A DNA stretch of 24,382 nt from an uncultured virus (IMG/VR IMGVR_UViG_3300025896_000025). Lineage: Duplodnaviria > Heunggongvirae > Uroviricota > Caudoviricetes. Positions 15,427-23,342 of this stretch are shown here, in pieces (position 1 is the first letter of the stretch; every line of letters starts with the position of its first letter). The notes beneath the pieces were generated by a model that did no database searches, was not told the origin of the DNA, and saw only the letters and a list, made by a program, of their open reading frames with translations. Location of the stretch: IMG/VR virus record IMGVR_UViG_3300025896_000025; one strand, written 5' to 3'. Made by a program: the position numbers and the translations under genes.

Positions 15427-16770
15427 TCAGCCCTGCTTGATAAATGAGGTGCCATCGGAGCGAGCTCTAATGGTGCAGCATTTCCCAGCGGCCGATAGAG
15501 TAGCGCCGTCTGGAGCAAGCAGTGTGGACGCGACGAGAGTTCCCGTGTTGGGGGTAATAATGATCGCGAAACTGGCTCTCTGATCTGACTGATCAGATGT
15601 CATGGTGTAGGTGAAGTTCCCGGCCGTGGGGGCATAGTGGTCGCCCAATACAAAACCGAAATCCTTTACACCTCTGGAACCGGTGCGACCATTGAAACGC
15701 TGCGTACCTGGGCCAGTCAGGGTCAAAGGCTGAGTATCACCACCCTGTATATTCATACCAAAGATAACCATCGACTTATCAATGGTCGTGGTAATGGTTC
15801 GGTCCACAGAGGGCGCATTGTCGGTAGAACTGTTTGCTACGGCACCGGTTACGGCAGCACCATTGGAAACAACACCGACATAGAGCACATAAGAATGTGG
15901 ATCGGCGTCGGGTGTCACAGTCATGGCGACGGTGGTTGAGGTGTCCGAGTCGGCGAGAGAGCCAGACCACACAGCGACCGGGAGTGGGCTCACCGAAGTC
16001 TCTGCATAGTTACCCGTTGACGTATCCGAGATGTTCTTCGTCAGTCCAGTAACATTGGTGGCCGTTAGAGTAGCCGACCTTCCCGTCTTGTTGGACTCAT
16101 AGATGGTGAAGAGAGCAGCCCAGAACTTCCGTCCGGTGCCGGCAGGGACGGTTAGAGTATGATTACCGGTGTAGGCAGGAGGGAGGGGGACTGACGTGTT
16201 GTAGACGAAGTCGTCACGAGCAATAACGGTGGGTGTGAGAACCGACGTTGAGGATTCATTGGTGAAGGTGATGAGACCCGAACCAAGACGAACACAGTCT
16301 ACCCAAGCCTGGGATGGAGAACCATCCAGTGCTGGATCATTATGCCAATTGAGGGGACAGATAACGGTTAGGGGTGTCGATCTCGTGAAGACCAGACACA
16401 TATTCTTGTCGGCGGCCGTGAGAGTATAAGGGGAGGCGACGGAATTACCTATAATCTTCTCGGTGAGAGAAGATGCGGCACGGGCCGTGTCCTTGGCTAC
16501 CTCAGAATAATGTAGAGACGAGTAGTTGCCAGAGGGGAGTAGTGTACCTTTGGGGGCACTGGCTTCTTGGGTGGCGAGCTCTGCTGCATCACTCGCGTCT
16601 AGGGCCGACTGCTGGGCAGCATTGACCATGTCGGGGACGGACAACTGATCGAAGACATTCGATACCGTTTGGGTGACGTTGGCTTTCCGCGTCAGTCCGT
16701 CCCCGTCAGTTGCGAGAAGGAACAGAGGATCTGTTGTGGTATCGAACTCCAAGATGGTCTTATTTGTCAC
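15427..16770 (-). CDS. Putative tail fibre / virion appendage protein
   Basis: 447 aa, Thr/Ser-rich and beta-rich. An N-terminal Ala-rich helix, YSSLHY and YTLTAADKN segments resemble phage fibre proteins. GTG start with RBS AGGTGG. Confidence 0.6.
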   Translation of the reverse strand: MTNKTILEFDTTTDPLFLLATDGDGLTRKANVTQTVSNVFDQLSVPDMVNAAQQSALDASDAAELATQEASAPKGTLLPSGNYSSLHYSEVAKDTARAASSLTEKIIGNSVASPYTLTAADKNMCLVFTRSTPLTVICPLNWHNDPALDGSPSQAWVDCVRLGSGLITFTNESSTSVLTPTVIARDDFVYNTSVPLPPAYTGNHTLTVPAGTGRKFWAALFTIYESNKTGRSATLTATNVTGLTKNISDTSTGNYAETSVSPLPVAVWSGSLADSDTSTTVAMTVTPDADPHSYVLYVGVVSNGAAVTGAVANSSTDNAPSVDRTITTTIDKSMVIFGMNIQGGDTQPLTLTGPGTQRFNGRTGSRGVKDFGFVLGDHYAPTAGNFTYTMTSDQSDQRASFAIIITPNTGTLVASTLLAPDGATLSAAGKCCTIRARSDGTSFIKQG

Positions 16771-16841
16771 GAATTATTTTCCACCTAAAGGCAATAGCTT
16801 TTAGATGGTGTGTGCTGGCTAGTAATTCAACAGTGAAAAGC

Positions 16842-16967
16842 TGGACTACATCATAGAGGGTCTGTTCTTGCGTTCGAGGTCGATTAACCCTCTCTGCTTA
16901 TTTCCCTGAACAGTGGGATCATAGGTAATCCTATGGCTTTATCTCGCACACTCTATGATGTAGTCCA
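16842..16967. ncRNA. Candidate structured RNA/DNA element closed by 17-bp perfect inverted repeats
   Basis: TGGACTACATCATAGAG (16842-16858) pairs with CTCTATGATGTAGTCCA (16951-16967). Internal stems CATAGG-TAAT-CCTATG and CTGTTC/GAACAG. Intergenic. Confidence 0.5.
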
Positions 16968-16980
16968 AGTCGGCGATTGA

Positions 16981-17181
16981 TTAGTTTACGACGACAACCT
17001 CTATATAGTCTAGATCTTTACCACCAACAAGTGATCCTATCTCATAGAAGCTTCTACCGTCGAAGTAAACCTGAACGCGACTAGCCTCTGCTCGATCGTA
17101 ATTATGATGACCGATGCGTACGACAACCTCCGTCTGCGGTGAGACTTCGCTAAGAATATTGATAAGCTCCCAAGCTTTCAT
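16981..17181 (-). CDS. Small hypothetical protein
   Basis: MKAWELINILS..., TGATG overlap, 66 aa. Confidence 0.75.
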   Translation of the reverse strand: MKAWELINILSEVSPQTEVVVRIGHHNYDRAEASRVQVYFDGRSFYEIGSLVGGKDLDYIEVVVVN

Positions 17182-17531
17182 CAGAACAAAACCTTCGATG
17201 CGAGGTAGACCTCGGGGTGCCAGAGACCTACCCAGTTGATGACGGAACAAAGTGTAATGAAACTAGACAGACCACCAACAAAGACAAACACCCCAAAGAA
17301 GACCACCCCCAAAACGCCGGGGTGAACATCTCCGTCACTATCGAAAATCCAGCCTCGTGGCATTCGCGTGATTGCCCAAGTAACAGAAGCGATACTAAAG
17401 AGCAGAAATATAATGCCGGTAACGATATTCTGCGCGGCCTCCACCCTAGCAGCAAACAGCGTGACATCCAACACTGGCTGCCCGAATTTGACAGCCAGCT
17501 CTCCCATCTTGGTCATGATTTCTTCGTTCAT
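17181..17531 (-). CDS. Membrane protein with about two TM helices
   Basis: IVTGIIFLLFSIASVTWAI and VLGVVFFGVFVFVGGLSSFITLC; ATGA overlap. Confidence 0.8.
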   Translation of the reverse strand: MNEEIMTKMGELAVKFGQPVLDVTLFAARVEAAQNIVTGIIFLLFSIASVTWAITRMPRGWIFDSDGDVHPGVLGVVFFGVFVFVGGLSSFITLCSVINWVGLWHPEVYLASKVLF

Positions 17532-17824
17532 CGGAGCACCATTCTTGCTGCATCGTCCTCGGTTAGGAAGCCCAGGTCGAAGTCTACGGGCTCGGACATT
17601 GTCAGGGTGTATCCATCTGGATCAACGATACTCCAGATTGACTGGCCATCCTTATCAGGAAGTCCTGTGATGTCGAGCTCGACCCCATCACAGTATGCGC
17701 CATCGTAGCAGTCGAACTCATAAAGCTTCCCACCGAACTTCCAGGCGTAGCAATAGCCGTCGTGGGAGGCGGTTAGGGTGACGATAGGATCCTCGTCATA
17801 GGTCACGTTGATGGTTAGGGTCAT
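17528..17824 (-). CDS. Acidic hypothetical protein
   Basis: 98 aa, RBS GAGGA. Confidence 0.8.
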   Translation of the reverse strand: MTLTINVTYDEDPIVTLTASHDGYCYAWKFGGKLYEFDCYDGAYCDGVELDITGLPDKDGQSIWSIVDPDGYTLTMSEPVDFDLGFLTEDDAARMVLR

Positions 17825-17836
17825 CAGTTGTTGTCC

Positions 17837-18034
17837 TCAAATCGAGTCATGCTTCGCCCTCAGTGTTACGCAATCCCTCTTTTCAGCATTTACGTACACC
17901 ACTATTACATCATCGTCCTTATTCCTGACTACTACCTTCCCACCCGGCTCTGCGTGGCTATAGTGGTACTTCTGTTTATCGAGAGCGATGAAGAGCTCCA
18001 TTACAGGTACTGGTGTTGTGAGGTAGGGAGCCAT
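17837..18034 (-). CDS. Small hypothetical protein
   Basis: 65 aa, RBS GGAGG. Confidence 0.75.
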   Translation of the reverse strand: MAPYLTTPVPVMELFIALDKQKYHYSHAEPGGKVVVRNKDDDVIVVYVNAEKRDCVTLRAKHDSI

Positions 18035-18100
18035 CTACCCAATCCTCCAAGCAAGATAACAACCGAAGAGAGATAGAACGATTAGAGCGAGGAGAATCAT
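18035..18100 (-). CDS. 21-aa single-helix membrane peptide (not in ORF track)
   Basis: MILLALIVLSLFGCYLAWRIG*; ATGA overlap upstream, and its TAG abuts the next ATG. Confidence 0.6.
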   Translation of the reverse strand: MILLALIVLSLFGCYLAWRIG

Positions 18101-18429
18101 GGCCGGGCCCCCGCAGCACGGAGGGCGGCGTGCATGCGATCGTGTTCACAGCCGGGGTATAGATAATATTCCCTCCAAGCGTTGTTGATCTGTTCCTTGG
18201 TGAATTCAGCGGGCTCGGTGCTGATGCCACGGTTATTGAGGAAGTCGGTGAGGGTGTCGCGCACAGAGCCAGGAATGCCCGCCCTATGAGGGAAGTACCG
18301 ATCGACAGCACGATTTACTTCCTCCTCCGTCACCGGGCCGGCTCTCACCGCTGCGGGTGCAGGCTCTGGCCCCTTGAGCCACGCAGCAGCGTCTTCTGCA
18401 GTCTCGAAGGTACGGCTTACGGTGATCAT
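18097..18429 (-). CDS. Hypothetical protein
   Basis: 110 aa, RBS GGAGGT, ATGA overlap with nadR. Confidence 0.8.
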   Translation of the reverse strand: MITVSRTFETAEDAAAWLKGPEPAPAAVRAGPVTEEEVNRAVDRYFPHRAGIPGSVRDTLTDFLNNRGISTEPAEFTKEQINNAWREYYLYPGCEHDRMHAALRAAGARP

Positions 18430-19391
18430 CGAACTACCTCCAAATTACGAATTGCTTTCATAGAAGTTCTCAACCTCTGTTCAAGGGTTCCACTTACCTT
18501 TATGTAGGGTAAGTTACGTCTGATCAACTCTTGTTCGCATCGATCGTAGAACCTACGCCGATCATTTTCATCAGAGAAGTAACGGGTGCCATCGTCCACC
18601 CATGGTATATCAATGTCACAGAGTAGGTATAGGTCGACATCAGATTGAACATCGATCGAGTTAGAGCCCAGCAGCATTTCAGACCATACGCAGGTCATCA
18701 CCGGATCAGTATCAGAAATAAGGATTCTGTTAGCGATTTTGCGTGACGCCTTAGTCAGCAACTGGTGACCTAGTACAATCTTGCGGAGGTCAGCTTCGGT
18801 AAGATTATCCGCCCCAAACTCTTCTGTGTAAATGCGGCCATATTCAGGCACCAATGTGGTGTCCAACGTCTTGGCCAAGGCTAAGGCTAGAGTCGATTTA
18901 CCCGAACTTTCGGGACCGAATACACATACATCCTTAACATAGTGCGCTCTAACAGGCGGTGTTAGATTCCACCAAGCTTTGTAGATGTCTTCTCTGGCTA
19001 CCGTACCAGACATCTCTACAGTTAGACGTTTGGGATCCACAGGGACAAAGACTGAGTCTGTGATCTCAGCCATCTTGTGGCCGTAGGGTTCGGAAGCGAA
19101 CCAGTAGTCAATTGGCTCGGGATGAAACTCCTCAACGATGTCCTTCCAAATCTCCCAGAAATTAGAAGCTTCACTTGGTTCCTGCGGAACGACACGATCA
19201 AGATGAAGAACACGACACTGTGGAAACAACTCCTTCATCCATTGGTAGCGGAGTTTCCCGCTGATAGGTTCATCCGGCATAGAACACACTAAGATGGTGA
19301 GTTCATCGACATAGTCCGAGGCGAACTCACACATCAATCGATGCCCATTATGAGGAGGCATGAACTTTCCGAGGACCATTCCGCGAGTCAT
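18426..19391 (-). CDS. nadR: NadR-type bifunctional NMN adenylyltransferase / ribosylnicotinamide kinase (no HTH)
   Basis: GMVLGKFMPPHNGH (HxGH), FASEPYG, SGT..R, P-loop GPESSGKST, VPEYGR, DTD, PWVDDGTR. Confidence 0.93.
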   Translation of the reverse strand: MTRGMVLGKFMPPHNGHRLMCEFASDYVDELTILVCSMPDEPISGKLRYQWMKELFPQCRVLHLDRVVPQEPSEASNFWEIWKDIVEEFHPEPIDYWFASEPYGHKMAEITDSVFVPVDPKRLTVEMSGTVAREDIYKAWWNLTPPVRAHYVKDVCVFGPESSGKSTLALALAKTLDTTLVPEYGRIYTEEFGADNLTEADLRKIVLGHQLLTKASRKIANRILISDTDPVMTCVWSEMLLGSNSIDVQSDVDLYLLCDIDIPWVDDGTRYFSDENDRRRFYDRCEQELIRRNLPYIKVSGTLEQRLRTSMKAIRNLEVVR

Positions 19392-19938
19392 ATGATTTAT
19401 ACCAACTGAAGAAGCCATAGGAAGCCAGACCAAGGAAGATGACGTAGAGAACCGTAGTTGAGGTTAGGTCTCTACTGTAGTAAAGTGGGATGGCAATTAG
19501 ATCGACCGTGATCCACAAAATCCAATTCTCGATCCAGCGACGAGATAACAGAAACTGAGCGGTCACACTGAGCCCAGCTACGGTTGCATCCCAATAGGGG
19601 GCCTGCACACCTTGCATGGTGGACATAATCCACCCAAGGAGAAGGATACCTACTACGGTGTAGCCCGCAGCAAACCATCGGGTTTGGTTGGGCATCCACT
19701 CGATCTGAACAAGGCCATCCGGCTCACGATTGTTCCACCAATTATAGAGTCCATAGAACTGAACGACGAAGTAGAATACCTGGAGTAGCATGTCCGAGTA
19801 CAGCCCGTACTCCTTGAAGACGTAGAAGTAGCAGACAACCATTGCGATACCAAAGGGGTAGTTCCACATACTCCTGCGCTGGATGAGCCATACATTCAGG
19901 ACACCCAGGACGGCGCCGAGTATTTCTAGGTTGTTCAT
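19348..19938 (-). CDS. pnuC: Nicotinamide riboside transporter PnuC
   Basis: Multi-TM protein with WNYPFGI, LYSDMLLQVFY, YGLYNW and DA..AGLSVTAQFLLSRRWIENWILWITVD; overlaps nadR. Confidence 0.93.
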   Translation of the reverse strand: MNNLEILGAVLGVLNVWLIQRRSMWNYPFGIAMVVCYFYVFKEYGLYSDMLLQVFYFVVQFYGLYNWWNNREPDGLVQIEWMPNQTRWFAAGYTVVGILLLGWIMSTMQGVQAPYWDATVAGLSVTAQFLLSRRWIENWILWITVDLIAIPLYYSRDLTSTTVLYVIFLGLASYGFFSWYKSYDSRNGPRKVHASS

Positions 19939-20207
19939 CACACATAATCCGAAGGGTTGATACGTCGGAAGACTGATGGAACGAACACCACCCTTGCCCA
20001 CGGGTACCTATTGCTCAAGCGTCGCGTTATACTTTCATTAGAATTGCATTGTGGGCAGTCCATACCCTGAAAAGTCCAGAACACCAACCCCTTCGTATGG
20101 TGAGCAACCCACCAGTGATCTTTCAAATGCTCAATAAGACCGTTGGGTGGGATAGAAGCCTTCTCTATTGGCACGAACTTTAAACGTGGGTCGTTTTCAG
20201 AGATCAT
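19938..20207 (-). CDS. Hypothetical protein
   Basis: 89 aa, translationally coupled on both sides. Confidence 0.75.
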   Translation of the reverse strand: MISENDPRLKFVPIEKASIPPNGLIEHLKDHWWVAHHTKGLVFWTFQGMDCPQCNSNESITRRLSNRYPWARVVFVPSVFRRINPSDYV

Positions 20208-20407
20208 TTCTGTACATCCCCTAAAAACACGCTCAACTCATTACAAAGATCACGTCGACCTCGGTTGTAGGCTTCATTGAGTAGGTAGGCTAAACGCTGC
20301 TCTGTTAAAACTGGTGAACGCCTACCGAAATCATGTATCAATACTTCGCGACCTAATTCGTTTCGGCACTGTACGTTCTTTATGTACCAATTATATGGTC
20401 CGCTCAT
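20204..20407 (-). CDS. Small hypothetical protein
   Basis: 67 aa, RBS GAGGAG. Confidence 0.75.
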   Translation of the reverse strand: MSGPYNWYIKNVQCRNELGREVLIHDFGRRSPVLTEQRLAYLLNEAYNRGRRDLCNELSVFLGDVQK

Positions 20408-20449
20408 TAGGTTCTCCTCGACTTAACGACGTTAGGCTTATAATACCCC

Positions 20450-20746
20450 TCACGCTTCGGCGAATTCCAATAGAAGTTCTGGGAAGGTGCGCGGCTTCTC
20501 TGCCGGTCCCGGCGAGCTCGCATCTCGATCTGGTGAATCAGCTTCCGGGCGGGCTTCAATGACGTCTGGACCACGGTGGTCTCCTGCTGGAATAAGGGAT
20601 TGACGAAGGGGGGAATAAAGTACGAGGTCCAGGCTACGGTGGCCATCGTCCAGGAACACCTGGATAGACTGGCTCCAGGTGCCGTTAGGTTGCTCGTTGG
20701 GTTCTGTGATCACGGTGCGAGAGGCAGGGATGTGGAGGGTTTGCAT
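20450..20746 (-). CDS. Hypothetical protein
   Basis: 98 aa, first gene left of the divergent intergenic gap; an alternative overlapping frame (20407-20646) exists. Confidence 0.55.
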   Translation of the reverse strand: MQTLHIPASRTVITEPNEQPNGTWSQSIQVFLDDGHRSLDLVLYSPLRQSLIPAGDHRGPDVIEARPEADSPDRDASSPGPAEKPRTFPELLLEFAEA

Positions 20747-20854
20747 TATATCATCTTACTTCATGTGTGGTGACGTGCGACCACGCTGTCATGATGGTTG
20801 CCCCTCTCCGGGATAAGGTTTATGGAGGTCTTCCAAACTGGAAGGGAATGTCCC

Positions 20855-21235
20855 ATGATCGGATCGATTCTTAAGGCGCTTGGTGAGGCTTACGAGGAAA
20901 GGGATGCGGCGGAAGACCTACTGAACGCAGCGACGGCACGGATCGAGAAGTGTCTGGCTGAACTGGCCGAGCTCGGGATTTCCCTACAGGAGCAACCCCC
21001 GGAAAAGAAGGAGTGTGGTATTAGCATTAGTGAATATGCTAAAGCTCGGGGTGTCAGTGCCGCTCGTATCCATCAGCTTATCCGGGATCAGACGATCAGT
21101 TCCTCGGCGGACGGTCTCATCGTTGCGGATGAGGCAGACGAGATGATTCTGGCTACGCTCAGGCCGGGGAAGCTGCGGAACGCCATCGTAGATGCTCAGA
21201 GGAAGATGGGAGTGAACGGTCATCAGGGGGCTTGA
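20855..21235 (+). CDS. Coiled-coil plus HTH DNA-binding protein (only plus-strand gene)
   Basis: ALGEAYEERDAAEDLLNAATARIEKCLAEL, then ISISEYAKARGVSAARIHQLIR. Likely ATG at 20855 after GAAGGGA. Confidence 0.75.
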   Translation: MIGSILKALGEAYEERDAAEDLLNAATARIEKCLAELAELGISLQEQPPEKKECGISISEYAKARGVSAARIHQLIRDQTISSSADGLIVADEADEMILATLRPGKLRNAIVDAQRKMGVNGHQGA

Positions 21236-21501
21236 GCGTCCTCCAGAAGGTCCTTCATCTCAGCGTAAGTTGCTTTGTATGTCTCAAAGACTTCGGCTGT
21301 AAGCCAATCGTCTTTCCGAGGTTTTGATGAATGAGCGAACAACTCCTTGGCTGCTGCTTTGAGTCGGTCGTGTTCCGCTTCGACTATAGTGATAACTGAC
21401 TCAAGTTGAGTGGCATGATTACGTTGAACTCTGGCGATGTCAGGATCTGCAAACTTCGCACACGATCTCCAACCCTCGGCCAATTTCTTAAAACGTTTCA
21501 T
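21223..21501 (-). CDS. Hypothetical protein
   Basis: MKRFKKLAEGW..., ATGA overlap, 92 aa. Confidence 0.7.
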   Translation of the reverse strand: MKRFKKLAEGWRSCAKFADPDIARVQRNHATQLESVITIVEAEHDRLKAAAKELFAHSSKPRKDDWLTAEVFETYKATYAEMKDLLEDAQAP

Positions 21502-21986
21502 GGGAAGCTCCGGGCGCGGATGGCGGCGGCGGTTTGCTTGGTTGTCGCCTCGTACCCGACAAGCATCCAGGCTTCCTCGCCGCTGTCGGCTATGGTTTCG
21601 TCCGCCTTGATGCCCATGCGTTCGCACAGCTCAAAGCACACGAGCCGGTAGCGCTCGGCCCAATCCACGGCCGCCACCTCCACTGCCGCCTCCAACCCCT
21701 TGCGGAACGCGGCTGCCTCGGCGAGCATCATGACTTCAGTCTGTTTGATCCGATGGGGAGGGAAAAAGACTTCGCCATCCCAACCTCCATCTCGTGCGAT
21801 ACCGGAAGCGCGATCGTCGGCTCGGGCCTTAGCGGGGTAGACCCAATCATCGTACATCACTAAGTCCTCAATAACACCGGACTGGATCTCCCGTCCTGTG
21901 TCCAGTGTGGTGATGACAATGAACTGGCGTGAGGGAGGCTTTGGTGGGGGAGGTTCGGAAGGTTTGAACCAAGAAAAGAGTTTCAT
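21498..21986 (-). CDS. Hypothetical protein, possibly chimeric
   Basis: MKLFSWFK..., ATGA overlap; GC-rich 3' portion. Confidence 0.7.
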   Translation of the reverse strand: MKLFSWFKPSEPPPPKPPSRQFIVITTLDTGREIQSGVIEDLVMYDDWVYPAKARADDRASGIARDGGWDGEVFFPPHRIKQTEVMMLAEAAAFRKGLEAAVEVAAVDWAERYRLVCFELCERMGIKADETIADSGEEAWMLVGYEATTKQTAAAIRARSFP

Positions 21987-22183
21987 CCCGCTCTCCTCTT
22001 CACGATTTCTGCCCACAGGGCCTGTAGGTCGTCTTCGTTGACCATATTGTAGATGGTCGTGTCTGGTGCCTCATCGGTCAGGTCAATGCGCAGATCATCG
22101 ATGTGGCTGTACTCTTTAAACCAGTCGGGGTCCACATCTTGTTGGCTTGATGGGTCGACCGAATAGGTGTACCGGATCTTCAT
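21983..22183 (-). CDS. Small acidic protein, paralog B (66 aa)
   Basis: MKIRYTY...MVNEDDLQALWAEIVKR; ATGA overlap, RBS GAGGA. Confidence 0.8.
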   Translation of the reverse strand: MKIRYTYSVDPSSQQDVDPDWFKEYSHIDDLRIDLTDEAPDTTIYNMVNEDDLQALWAEIVKRRAG

Positions 22184-22380
22184 GCGGACTTCCTCTTCTG
22201 AATTTCCTTCCACAATGCCTCAGCATCATCCTCATCTACCATAGCGTCGACACTGCTGTCAGACTGCTCACCATCAAGGACATAGATCAACTCGTCGATA
22301 GACTTTACCGTGAGGTAGTCGTCGGGGTTTACCGTGATGTTTCTGGGGGCACAGATCTCGTAGTCATAAGATAGATTCAT
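22180..22380 (-). CDS. Small acidic protein, paralog A (66 aa)
   Basis: MNLSYDY...MVDEDDAEALWKEIQKR; RBS AAGGAG. Confidence 0.82.
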   Translation of the reverse strand: MNLSYDYEICAPRNITVNPDDYLTVKSIDELIYVLDGEQSDSSVDAMVDEDDAEALWKEIQKRKSA

Positions 22381-22446
22381 CGTTGTGTACTCCTTGCGCT
22401 GAGAAGTGGTAACCCTTGGATGTGAAGTCCAGGGTTTATTACCGGG

Positions 22447-22722
22447 TTACGAACGTGATCGCCAACCGGCGCAGAGATCTGTTGGCTTCGTTCTTACTGT
22501 TCCGTAGAAGTCGCTTTCATCCTCACAGACCCCAGCTCGGTAGGATCCGCAAGAGACACATGAGTGGCCAAGCGATCGATAGTAGGCCATAGTGATATGA
22601 TACTCGGCGTCACGCCTGAGACGCTGTCTCCTTCGTCGAGCTCGCTCTCCTGTCTGGGTTGACCAGTAAGCCCAGAGCTCAGGAAAGATGTAGGCGGCTA
22701 GGTCGTCACGAGAGGAGTTCAT
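22447..22722 (-). CDS. Hypothetical protein with Cys-rich C-terminus
   Basis: SCVSC..GVC..DLCAGW, a possible Zn ribbon. Confidence 0.7.
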   Translation of the reverse strand: MNSSRDDLAAYIFPELWAYWSTQTGERARRRRQRLRRDAEYHITMAYYRSLGHSCVSCGSYRAGVCEDESDFYGTVRTKPTDLCAGWRSRS

Positions 22723-22885
22723 CGTCTAGCCAGGGGTAGGGACCGATGTGATTTCGAATTGACTCCGATGGACGATGACAACTGTCCAAAATCTCATCAA
22801 ACCCCACTATCGGTGAATAGACCACCCGAGTTTCCCCATATGGCAGGTCTACGCCGAGGTAAATGACGTATACGACGCTACACAT
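22706..22885 (-). CDS. Small hypothetical protein
   Basis: Likely start MCSVVYVIYL after GGAG; fills the gap between neighbours. Confidence 0.5.
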   Translation of the reverse strand: MCSVVYVIYLGVDLPYGETRVVYSPIVGFDEILDSCHRPSESIRNHIGPYPWLDDELLS

Positions 22886-23342
22886 ACCTAGCTCCATCGT
22901 AGCTGATCCTCCCCCGGACCTGTCGATAGATGACAGGGAAGCCGTCTTCCAATGCAAACTCTACATTCTCATCCTTGATCTGGGTTCGAAGCTCACGGAG
23001 GAGGCCAGCCAGATCAAGGACAGGCTTATCGACACGGGGTTTGGGTGCGAACGGTACGAACTTGCCTACAGGCTCACGTAGGGATGGAATGGTTACGACG
23101 AAACCCTTAAAGCTGGTTGCGACCTTGAACTCGCACTTGGTGAGACCGAACAGTTCCAGGTCATAGGTGTGACGAACCTTCAGTGTGTGATCCTTGCCAA
23201 AGACCACACCGGATGGAGCTTGCTCAAAGCACAGCTTGTCCCTGGTACCCTTCAAGGTGTAAGGGCCGGGAGGGAGTGTGTCCAGCTCTGCCTTGCTAGG
23301 GACAAGGTAGAAGCCGTTCTTGCGGTAGTTGGCGATCTTCAT
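22878..23342 (-). CDS. Hypothetical protein
   Basis: 154 aa, ATGA overlap, RBS AGGAG. Confidence 0.8.
   Translation of the reverse strand: MKIANYRKNGFYLVPSKAELDTLPPGPYTLKGTRDKLCFEQAPSGVVFGKDHTLKVRHTYDLELFGLTKCEFKVATSFKGFVVTIPSLREPVGKFVPFAPKPRVDKPVLDLAGLLRELRTQIKDENVEFALEDGFPVIYRQVRGRISYDGARYV

Noticed and set aside
4738..16948. Shared 10-mer TTATCTCGCA between the 4735 hairpin and the 16842 element
   Set aside because: A single 10-nt match is expected by chance at this scale.
16842..16967. Retron msr-msd, hammerhead or twister ribozyme
   Set aside because: No reverse transcriptase in the window and no long msd hairpin. The hammerhead CUGANGA/GAAA core and twister conserved loop are not matched.
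312..17708. Plus-strand and nested ORFs in the ORF track (e.g. 3324-3782, 4871-5458, 8271-8672, 12596-13084, 17217-17708)
   Set aside because: They are shadows of well-supported minus-strand genes or of attP, with no motifs or RBS.
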